Positions 26,494-33,707 of a DNA stretch of 33,707 nt are shown in pieces. This stretch comes from an uncultured Gammaproteobacteria bacterium (GTDB lineage: Bacteria; Pseudomonadota; Gammaproteobacteria; Ga0077536). The stretch lies in contig CAIPNE010000181.1 in the NCBI GenBank assembly GCA_903866355.1, positions 1 through 33,707 on the forward strand. The letters run 5' to 3'. A model generated the notes under the pieces. It was not told where the DNA came from. It saw nothing but the letters and a program-made list of their open reading frames with translations, and did no database searches. Within the stretch, counting starts at the first letter, position 1; every line of letters starts with the position of its first letter. The position numbers and the translations under genes were made by a program.

Positions 26494-26555
26494 TCAACGC
26501 GTGACGCAAAAATAAACAGACCCCACCGCACGGGTCACGAATTGAGGAATGAGAG

Positions 26556-26945
26556 ATGCTGAGCATAGAACCACCGTCAGGGCTGCGCCCGAGCGGCGAC
26601 ATGCTGACCGCCCACTTGCTGGCGCTACTAAAAGGCTGGACCGCTTACGGCTACGACCTCGTGCAGCGACTCGACGCCGCCGGCTTCGGTGACTACAACA
26701 AAGGCTCGGTCTACCGCGCGCTGCGGCAAATGGAGGCTCTGGGCTTGGTCTCATCCCATTGGGACACGGCCTCCGAAGGCCCCGCGCGGCGCATGTACAC
26801 CGTCACGCCCTATGGCCTCACTTTCTTGCAGAGCTGGCTGGCGATTTTCGACGCGCAACGCAAAGCTTTAGAAGGCCTACTCAATGCCGTCCCCATTACC
26901 CCCATTACCCCGCGCTCACCGGCGCGCCGCCCGCGCCAACCCTGA
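26556..26945 (+). CDS. PadR-family transcriptional regulator (possible PhaQ analogue)
   Basis: 129 aa. The winged-helix pattern LLALLKGWTAYGYDLVQRLDAAGFGDYNKGSVYRALRQMEALGLVSSHWD...ARRMYTVTPYG is typical of PadR. GAGGAA lies upstream of ATG 26556. An alternative ATG is at 26601. Confidence 0.85.
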   Translation: MLSIEPPSGLRPSGDMLTAHLLALLKGWTAYGYDLVQRLDAAGFGDYNKGSVYRALRQMEALGLVSSHWDTASEGPARRMYTVTPYGLTFLQSWLAIFDAQRKALEGLLNAVPITPITPRSPARRPRQP

Positions 26946-27282
26946 GGGCAAGGTCGCAAAGGACTGGGCATCGCCCCAACTGATGGCGTCACACGACGCA
27001 CCGCTGACGCGTACCCTCGGGGCTAAGTCTGGGCGAAAATTGCAGCCGATGTGCGCCCAGGCACTATCACTGCTGGGCCCCCCCGCGGGTGTTTTTGGGC
27101 CGTGACCCTAGTACCCCCAGCCGACGCCTTCAAGACCCGACACCGTTTGCTGGTCTTGGTGATGGCTTCGGCTACCACCACCATCCCAAGGAGCGGCGGG
27201 AACCGCGCCTCGCACGGATGACTGACGGGCATTCCCGCGCCCGTGTAGGCTAGCCACACTGTAAAGATAGGACAGCCATCTC

Positions 27283-28194
27283 ATGACCATCGCATTGGGC
27301 CTAAGCGTAGTTGTCTTGTGGATAGTCGCGTGGCAGTTCTGGCCGCGGCCTTTTTATCTCGCGGCCATGACGCTGCTGCGCCGCGCCGCCGGCCTGCGCA
27401 CCCAACGCATGCAGGTGGGGGATCAGGAAATCGTTTATCTGGAGGGCGGCACGGGAGAAACCTTGGTGTTGCTCCATGGCTTTGGCGCGGACCGTGACGC
27501 GTGGCCGCCAATGGTCGCCCAACTCAAGGGACGTTACCGGGTGATAGCGCCCGACTTACCCGGCTTCGGCGACAGCAGCCGGGTGCCTGCGGCGAGCTAC
27601 ACGCTGGATGCCCAGTTAGCGCGCTTAGCAGATTTTTTAAAGACTTTAGGCATCCAAAAATTTCATCTCGCGGGAAATTCCATGGGGGGCTATCTGGCCG
27701 CGCACTACGCCGTGCGCCATCCGGAACAAATCCAGAGCCTCTCGTTGCTCGCGCCAGCCGGCGTTGCCAGCGCCCAAGAAAGCGAACTTCAACAACTTTT
27801 GGCGCAAGGTGATAATCCGCTGCTGATCAAAACCCTCGCCAATTTTTCTCGTTTAATGAACCTCTGCTTTGTTAAAACGCCCTATACCCCTGGCGCTATA
27901 CGGCGCGTCCTTGCAGCACGTGCGATCCGTGACTGCGATTTTCACCGTCAAATATTTGCAGATTTATTTGGCTCGGCCGTGCCGCTGGAAGAAGTCGTCA
28001 GCACCTTCCACGGGCCGACGCTCATCCTCTGGGGCGACCACGACCGACTTTTGGATGTCTCGGGCGCCGCCATCTTGCGCACCCTGATGCCGCACAGCCA
28101 ATTGTGCGTGCTGCCCGATGTCGGGCATGTGCCGATGCTCGAAGTACCCCGAGCCACCGCACTAGCATTTCTGGCGTTTCAATCTGGCGTCTGA
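27283..28194 (+). CDS. Alpha/beta hydrolase with N-terminal hydrophobic anchor
   Basis: 303 aa. It has LLHGFGADRDAW, the nucleophile elbow GNSMGG and the C-terminal His in DVGHVPMLE. The N-terminus MTIALGLSVVVLWIVAWQFW is hydrophobic. Confidence 0.85.
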   Translation: MTIALGLSVVVLWIVAWQFWPRPFYLAAMTLLRRAAGLRTQRMQVGDQEIVYLEGGTGETLVLLHGFGADRDAWPPMVAQLKGRYRVIAPDLPGFGDSSRVPAASYTLDAQLARLADFLKTLGIQKFHLAGNSMGGYLAAHYAVRHPEQIQSLSLLAPAGVASAQESELQQLLAQGDNPLLIKTLANFSRLMNLCFVKTPYTPGAIRRVLAARAIRDCDFHRQIFADLFGSAVPLEEVVSTFHGPTLILWGDHDRLLDVSGAAILRTLMPHSQLCVLPDVGHVPMLEVPRATALAFLAFQSGV

Positions 28195-28907
28195 TCCATC
28201 GCGGCGAGACGCTCCGAGACCAAGCGACCCACTGCACGTAGTTGACCCGAAATAGCGGCCTGCGCTGCCTGCGCATCACCTGACACCATGGCCCGCCGAA
28301 TAGCGAGGTGAGCTTGGCGAACGTGCTGGCCGAAGTACAAGGATCCGAACGCCACCTTGATAAAAAAATCACTGCGGTCCCACATACCTGCCGCCACCGC
28401 ACACGCCAGCGGCGCGCGTGCCAGTTCGTGAATCATCGTGTGAAATTCCAAATTTGCGCGCCGATACTGCGGATCCCGCGCCGCCGGCGGCCCGGCGGTT
28501 TTTAGTTCGAGGTCTATGCGCCGACACAGCGTCTTAAAAGCCGGCAAATCGGCGGTCGTGCGTCGCGCTGCTGCCAAGCCCGTGACACACCCTTCCACCG
28601 CAGCAAACAGCTCAAAAAAATCCTGTACCTCTGCCGCATTCGGGCGCGCCACCCGGCAACCCACTTGCGGCGTAATTTCTACAAAGCCTTCCATGTCGAG
28701 GCGCTTGAGCGCCTCCATAACTGGCACGCGACTGCATTGGAGTTGGGCAGAAATATCCATCACCGAAAGCCAGTCACCGGGTTTTAGATCGCCCTCCAGC
28801 AGTTGCTGCATGAGGTGGGTATAGGCGCCCTGCGCCAGCGGCGCGGTGCCGGCAGTGAGGCGCCGCGAGGGGCGTACGGTGAAGCGAGTAGCAGTCGCGG
28901 CAGACAT
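28179..28907 (-). CDS. GntR-family (FadR/FCD-type) transcriptional regulator
   Basis: The ORF is 28179..28958. The start MSAATATRF at 28907 is preceded by GAGGAA 6 nt upstream. The wHTH is LKPGDWLSVMDISAQLQCSRVPVMEALKRLDMEGFVEI, followed by a helical C-terminal FCD-like domain. Confidence 0.85.
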   Translation of the reverse strand: MSAATATRFTVRPSRRLTAGTAPLAQGAYTHLMQQLLEGDLKPGDWLSVMDISAQLQCSRVPVMEALKRLDMEGFVEITPQVGCRVARPNAAEVQDFFELFAAVEGCVTGLAAARRTTADLPAFKTLCRRIDLELKTAGPPAARDPQYRRANLEFHTMIHELARAPLACAVAAGMWDRSDFFIKVAFGSLYFGQHVRQAHLAIRRAMVSGDAQAAQAAISGQLRAVGRLVSERLAAMDQTPD

Positions 28908-28945
28908 GGGTCGTTCCTCAGCTTGCGGCCTGCGGGGGCTAAGAT

Positions 28946-28961
28946 TTAGTCTACACACTAA
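28946..28961. promoter_or_regulatory. Palindrome TTAGT-ctacac-ACTAA in the GntR/LLM divergent promoter (candidate GntR operator)
   Basis: The 5-bp arms lie between the divergent starts at 28907 (-) and 29009 (+). The GT...AC core is compatible with FadR-subfamily operators. Confidence 0.25.
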
Positions 28962-29008
28962 TATATCAATGCGGGCCTAGCACGGGCCAGAAAACAGGAA
29001 GTTCCGTC

Positions 29009-30280
29009 ATGAAAATACGCTTGGGTTCGTTTTTATTGCCGAGCGCCGGGGCGACGCCGGCGCAGTTTGAACAAGGGTATGCGGGTCAAAACCCGAACTA
29101 CTACCAGCGTGGTCTGAAAGACTGCGCACGCCTGTTGCGCCAACTAGACGAACTGGGTTTCGATTTTGTCGCGTTCTCTGAACATCACTTTCATTTAGAA
29201 GGTTTAGAGATTTCCAATAACCCGGTGCTGCTCGGAACTTGGGCGGCGATGCAGACCGAAAAACTCCGCATCGGGCAGATGGGCAACGTGCTCCCGGCAC
29301 GCAATCCGCTGCTGTTGGCCGAAGACCTCGCCATGCTGGATCATTTTTCGGGTGGCCGGATGATGGCCGGCTTCGCGCGGGGCTATCAGGCTCGGCATGT
29401 CGCCACCATCGGCCAAAAAATGAATGCGCATTCCACCGCCGCGAACGACCCCAATTTTGCCGATCACGACCGTCTTAACCGCGAACTATTCACTGAGCAC
29501 TACGAGATCATCCGCAAAGCGTGGTCGCAGCGTTTGTTCCGACATGAGGGCAAACACTGGACGCTGCCGCCGCCAGGTATCGGTTGGAATCACCCAGCCA
29601 CCCGTGCGCTCGCACCCGGCATGGTGGATGAAAACGGCCAGTTGGTGCAGATCGGCATCGCGCCCACCACGTTGCAGGACCCCGCGACCATTGAGGTGTA
29701 TATCCCCTTCACCATGAGCCCCGCCACGATTGAATGGTCGGCAAAAGAAGGCGTCATTCCGGTGATTTTTTCACCCATCGAGGCCACCGCCAAAGGCTGT
29801 CTCGACCTCTATCACCAATCCGCGCTAGCCGCCGGGCGCGACCTTGCGTGGGGCGCTGGCGTGGGCCACTTTCGGGAAATTGTCGTGGCAGATACGGAAA
29901 ACGAGGCCATTGCCTGCATGGAGCGTGGACTGGGCTATATCTGGACCCGCTGGCACGACTGGTTTGGGTTCAACGAGGCGCTGCGCTACCCGGGCGAACA
30001 AGGCGCTATTCCCAACACCCCGGCCGCAGTCCGTGAGCGCGGCTATTCGCTGTGCGGCACCGTCGACACGGTGGCTCGCAAACTAGAACACATGATCACC
30101 ACGCTCAAGACCGACCTCATCGTGCCGTGGATTTCGGCTGGCCCCGCCCCCATCGACGCGCTGTTACGCAGTAACGAACTCCTCGTAGAGAAAGTCCTGC
30201 CGCTGATCGGCGTGAGCCTCACCCGCTTTGCCCCGACGCTGCGTCGGGAGTTTATGGGTGAGGGCTGGCGGCCTAGCTAA
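29009..30280 (+). CDS. LLM-class flavin-dependent monooxygenase/oxidoreductase
   Basis: 423 aa. MKIRLGSFLLP...GFDFVAFSEHHF...RIGQMGNVLPARNPLLLAEDLAMLDHFSGGRMMAGFARG fits the LLM pattern. AGGAAG serves as the RBS. Confidence 0.85.
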   Translation: MKIRLGSFLLPSAGATPAQFEQGYAGQNPNYYQRGLKDCARLLRQLDELGFDFVAFSEHHFHLEGLEISNNPVLLGTWAAMQTEKLRIGQMGNVLPARNPLLLAEDLAMLDHFSGGRMMAGFARGYQARHVATIGQKMNAHSTAANDPNFADHDRLNRELFTEHYEIIRKAWSQRLFRHEGKHWTLPPPGIGWNHPATRALAPGMVDENGQLVQIGIAPTTLQDPATIEVYIPFTMSPATIEWSAKEGVIPVIFSPIEATAKGCLDLYHQSALAAGRDLAWGAGVGHFREIVVADTENEAIACMERGLGYIWTRWHDWFGFNEALRYPGEQGAIPNTPAAVRERGYSLCGTVDTVARKLEHMITTLKTDLIVPWISAGPAPIDALLRSNELLVEKVLPLIGVSLTRFAPTLRREFMGEGWRPS

Positions 30281-30343
30281 GACGGGTTCACGAAGCCGGG
30301 CAACTCGGCATCCCCCTTTTTTTTAACCACAGGAATTATTACG

Positions 30344-31795
30344 ATGGCAGTCCGTACGGGACAACAATTTATAGCCGGGCTGCGCGATGGGCGCGAAGTT
30401 TGGTACAACGGTGAGCGTGTTAACGATGTGACCTGTTTCCCTCAGTTTGCCGCATCGGTAGCATCACTCGCCAACCTCTACGATTTACAACACGACGAGC
30501 GCTATCGCGACACGCTCACTGTGGAGAGCGCAGAATTTGGCGAGCGCATTGGCCGCGCTTTTGAAATGCCGCGCACGCGCGAGCAGCTACAGCTAAAACG
30601 CGAGGCTTACACCATTTTTGCGCGTTCGACGTGCGGCATGATGGGTCGCAGCCCGGACTTTCTGAACGTGATGCTGGCGGCACTGGCCGCCAAGCGGAGT
30701 TTCTTTGCGGAGTTGTCTAGCGAGCGTGCCGACGCCATCGTGAACTACTACCAATTTGTGGCACGCAACGATTTATTCCTCACGCATGCGCTGCTGGATC
30801 CGCAACTGGATAAAAGCAAGCTGCGCCATGAGCAAAGCGATCCCGCCATCTGCTTACGGGTGATCGATCGCACGGCCGAGGGCCTGATCGTGCATGGCAT
30901 CAAGCGCATCGCGACCGCGGCACCTTACGCCGACGAAATTTTGGTATGGCCGTTTCCGCCGACCTTCCAACCAGGCGAAGAAGCGCACGCCAATGTGTTC
31001 GCAATCCCTATGAACACTCCGGGCCTGAAGGTATTTTGCCGTCCCTCCTTCGCCAATCCCGGCGCACGTCATGACCACCCGCTGTCTTCACAGTTCGATG
31101 AAATGGACGCCACGGTGGTCTTTGACCACGTGCTAGTGCCGTGGGATCGGGTGTTCCTGCACGAGAACATCGGGCTGCTCAATCGCATGTATCGGGAAAC
31201 CCGCATGCGCGAATTAACCGCCCATCAAACCAACACGCGCTTAGAAGTAAAACTCGGCTTCGTCTACGCCGTACTGGTGCGGATGGCAGAAGCGGCGGGC
31301 GTGGTCGCACGGCCAGAGATCATGGAATTATTGGGCGAGGCGGTGGCCTGTGTGGAGGTCATTCGAAGCACCACGCGCTCGGCCGAAGAACAGGCCAGCG
31401 TAGATATGGAAAACGGCCTGCTGTACCCAGACTTGTTCGCGCTGCAGGCGGGTCGCGCCTTGGGTCCAGTGTTTTACCCCAAACTTATCGGCATGCTGCG
31501 CCGCTTGGGCGGCGGCGGTCTCATTCAACTGCCCGTGAGCTTGTCGGAGTTTAACGCGCCGATTAGCGCGGATCTCGAACGTTCCCTGCGGGGTTCTGGC
31601 ATCGGCGGCCGAGAAAAAGCGCAGCTTTTTAAGCTGGCTTGGGATCTGTGTGGTACCGAGTTCGGGGCGCGACATGAACTCTACGAAATGAACTACGCCG
31701 GCGAACGCGGCGCACTACTGGCCGGCGTACAGCGCGAATACGGCCGCAAGCAGTACTATCTAGACCACCTCGATCACTTCATGGAGAGTTTATGA
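30344..31795 (+). CDS. HpaB-family (4-hydroxyphenylacetate 3-hydroxylase-like) flavin-dependent monooxygenase, oxygenase component
   Basis: 483 aa. The N-terminus RTGQQFIAGLRDGREVWYNGERVNDVT and the overall length are typical of the HpaB/4-HPA-hydroxylase family. It has an ATGA overlap with the next gene. Confidence 0.88.
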   Translation: MAVRTGQQFIAGLRDGREVWYNGERVNDVTCFPQFAASVASLANLYDLQHDERYRDTLTVESAEFGERIGRAFEMPRTREQLQLKREAYTIFARSTCGMMGRSPDFLNVMLAALAAKRSFFAELSSERADAIVNYYQFVARNDLFLTHALLDPQLDKSKLRHEQSDPAICLRVIDRTAEGLIVHGIKRIATAAPYADEILVWPFPPTFQPGEEAHANVFAIPMNTPGLKVFCRPSFANPGARHDHPLSSQFDEMDATVVFDHVLVPWDRVFLHENIGLLNRMYRETRMRELTAHQTNTRLEVKLGFVYAVLVRMAEAAGVVARPEIMELLGEAVACVEVIRSTTRSAEEQASVDMENGLLYPDLFALQAGRALGPVFYPKLIGMLRRLGGGGLIQLPVSLSEFNAPISADLERSLRGSGIGGREKAQLFKLAWDLCGTEFGARHELYEMNYAGERGALLAGVQREYGRKQYYLDHLDHFMESL

Positions 31796-32664
31796 GCGAG
31801 CACCAACATCAGAGCTTTTGGGCCGATTTGCGCAATGGCGCGTTCGAGCAAGGCTATCTCATGGCCGACGGGATCCGCACCCGCTACGTACATGCCGGTA
31901 CGCGCGGCGCACCGGTGCTCATTTTACTCCACGGCACTGGCGGCCACGCCGAGGCCTATACCCGTAATTTGTTGGCCCACAGCGAGCATTTTGATACCTA
32001 CGCCATCGACATGGTGGGGCATGGTTACTCAGACAAGCCCAATCAGCCTTACGAAATAGCGGTGTACGTCGAGCATCTGCGCGCCGTCCTCGACACCCTC
32101 GGTTGCGCCACCGCGCATATTTCCGGGGAGTCACTCGGGGGCTGGGTGGCTGCTCGCTTTGCACTCAAATATCCCGCCCGCCTTGGGCGTCTGGTGCTCA
32201 ACACCACTGGCGGCGCCACGCTAGACGCCGCGGTCATGGAGAAAATCAAAACCCTCACAATGGCCGCCGTGGACAACCCCACTTGGGAGACCGTGCGCGC
32301 CCGCTTGGAGTGGTTGATGGCAGATCCCGCTAGCGTCACCGACGACCTCGTGGCCTGCCGCCAAGCGGTGTACCGAGCGCCGGGGATGCGCGCGGCGATG
32401 CCCCAAATACTCTGCCTGCAAGACCCGGAAATCCGCCTGCGCAACAATCTGACCGACGCCGAGTGGGCGGCTATTCGTGCGCCTACCTTGGTGCTGTGGA
32501 CCGACAAAGATCCCACCGCGGCAGTCACCGTGGGCGAAAAAATCGCCAGCCTGATTCCCAAGGCTCAATTCGTGTGCATGCCACGTTGCGGTCACTGGCC
32601 ACAGTTCGAGGACGCGCCCACTTTCAACCGCATCCACCTGCAATTTCTGCGAGACCTCGCATGA
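31792..32664 (+). CDS. Meta-cleavage-product C-C hydrolase (MhpC/BphD-like alpha/beta hydrolase)
   Basis: 290 aa. It has LLHGTGGHAEAY, the nucleophile elbow GESLGG and the C-terminal His in CGHWPQFE. It is translationally coupled on both sides. Confidence 0.85.
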   Translation: MSEHQHQSFWADLRNGAFEQGYLMADGIRTRYVHAGTRGAPVLILLHGTGGHAEAYTRNLLAHSEHFDTYAIDMVGHGYSDKPNQPYEIAVYVEHLRAVLDTLGCATAHISGESLGGWVAARFALKYPARLGRLVLNTTGGATLDAAVMEKIKTLTMAAVDNPTWETVRARLEWLMADPASVTDDLVACRQAVYRAPGMRAAMPQILCLQDPEIRLRNNLTDAEWAAIRAPTLVLWTDKDPTAAVTVGEKIASLIPKAQFVCMPRCGHWPQFEDAPTFNRIHLQFLRDLA

Positions 32665-33605
32665 GCGTGCTGGCGGTCTGCGCCTCGCACACCCCGCTGA
32701 AAGACTATTACGCGCCGCCAGCACCGGTGCAAATGGAAATCGATGGGTGCTTCGAGCGCGTCCGCCAGCAAGTTGCAGACTTCGCACCCGAAGTCATCCT
32801 CATCTTTGGCCCCGACCACTACAACGGATTTTTCTATCGCCTGATGCCCGCTTTCTGCATCGGGGCCGTGACCGAATCCATCGGTGACTGGAACACCCCC
32901 CAAGGGCCACTGCCAGGGGATCCTGCGCTCGCCGAAGCGGCGGTGGCGCATGCACATCGCAGCGGGGTGGATGTGGCCATCTCCCATCGGATGGAGGTCG
33001 ACCACGGTCTAACCCAAACCCTGCAGCTCATTCACCCCTGGGAAACGCTGCCCAAGATCTTGCCGGTGTTTATCAACTGCGTGGCGGCACCTCGCCCGCC
33101 GCTGGCACGGGTCGTGGCGCTAGGCCGCGCGCTGGGTGAATTTGCGGCCGGTCTGGGTCAGCGCGTCCTGATTGTCGGATCAGGCGGGATTTCTCACGAT
33201 CCACCGGTGCCCTTACTGGCCGGTGCGGCGCCGGCGGTACGCGAACGACTGATCGCCGGAGGTGCTTTGTCACCCGAGGCGCGACTTGCACGACAGGCGC
33301 GGGTCATCGACGAGGGGCGCCTGCAGGCAAGCGGTGAAAGCGAGAACGTGCCGCTTAACCCGGTATGGGATCGCGCGTTCCTCGCAGCATTAGAGGCCCA
33401 AAATTTCGCCGCACTGAGCGCTTATACCGATGCGGAGATTTCGCGCGATGGCGGGCGCGGCGGCCACGAAATACGCTGCTGGGTGGCGGTCGCCGCAGCG
33501 ATGGCGGCACTCGGCGCCCCTCCCCCACGAGTCGAGCTATACCACGCCATTCCGGCCTGGGTGGCAGGCTTTGCGGTACTCACCCAAGGTCCGGTCGGAG
33601 CCTGA
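32661..33605 (+). CDS. Class III (LigB-type) extradiol dioxygenase, MhpB-like
   Basis: The ORF track gives 32463..33605. I use ATG 32661, which has an ATGA overlap with the hydrolase stop. [13 protein letters not shown]...[28 protein letters not shown]...[15 protein letters not shown] parallels E. coli MhpB ([32 protein letters not shown]) as I recall it. Confidence 0.85.
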   Translation: [314 protein letters not shown]

Positions 33606-33707
33606 ACACAGCAGGCGTAGGCTATCCCCCCGAACTGACAGCCACATCCCCCTGCTCAGGGCGCAGCCAATAAAGGGCCCCTCGATGACTCACTGGTTTA
33701 AAAAAAA

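Noticed and set aside
26891-26910. A 9-bp tandem duplication, CCCATTACC CCCATTACC.
   Set aside because: It lies inside the padR coding tail, where it encodes PITPITP. It is only two copies and looks like slippage in a disordered C-terminus rather than a functional repeat.
33685-33707. A possible start of a further gene (ATGACTCACTGGTTTAAAAAAAA) at the right edge.
   Set aside because: Only 7 codons are visible and no family can be recognised, so it cannot be supported.
1-33707. A search for CRISPR arrays, tRNA/rRNA genes, defence systems, toxin-antitoxin pairs and prophage or mobile-element genes.
   Set aside because: I saw no regularly spaced repeats, no tRNA-like T-arm (GGTTCGAATCC-type) in the intergenic regions, and no ORF with nuclease, integrase or transposase hallmarks. 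This was a by-eye scan only and was not exhaustive.

Overview
High-GC (about 60-65% by eye) bacterial chromosomal window, probably proteobacterial (an rlmJ gene is present). It is densely packed with small catabolic operons on alternating strands. I found no rRNA, tRNA, CRISPR array, transposase, integrase or phage genes. All family calls below come from motif reading by eye, with no database search.

Contents from left to right:
1. A three-gene minus-strand operon: a Tat-signal nitroreductase/SagB-fold protein, a GlcF-like Fe-S protein and a GlcD-like FAD oxidase.
2. An acyl-CoA-centred catabolic block. It holds two paralogous CoA-transferase-fold heterodimers that lack the canonical beta-subunit Glu (IpdAB-like), an APH-type kinase, a PPOX-family protein, a heteromeric MaoC hydratase, a family III CoA-transferase/racemase, a TSUP permease, an ABM monooxygenase, a cytochrome P450, an acyl-CoA synthetase and a secreted cyclase-family hydrolase.
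3. A GC trough with an LLM oxidoreductase and a strikingly low-GC orphan CmoA-like methyltransferase, next to an ABCB exporter.
4. An HSL-type esterase, rlmJ and a second LLM oxidoreductase.
5. A PHA synthase module with Bacillus-like (class IV-like) organisation: PadR regulator, phasin-like gene, lipase-box hydrolase, short PhaR/PhaE-like subunit, class III/IV PhaC and a GNAT.
6. A GntR-controlled aromatic meta-cleavage cluster: LLM, HpaB-type monooxygenase, MhpC-like hydrolase and MhpB/LigB-type dioxygenase.

The most interesting candidates are the PHA module with its embedded hydrolase, the Glu-less CoA-transferase-fold pairs, the Tat-linked flavin/Fe-S operon and the low-GC CmoA-like gene.
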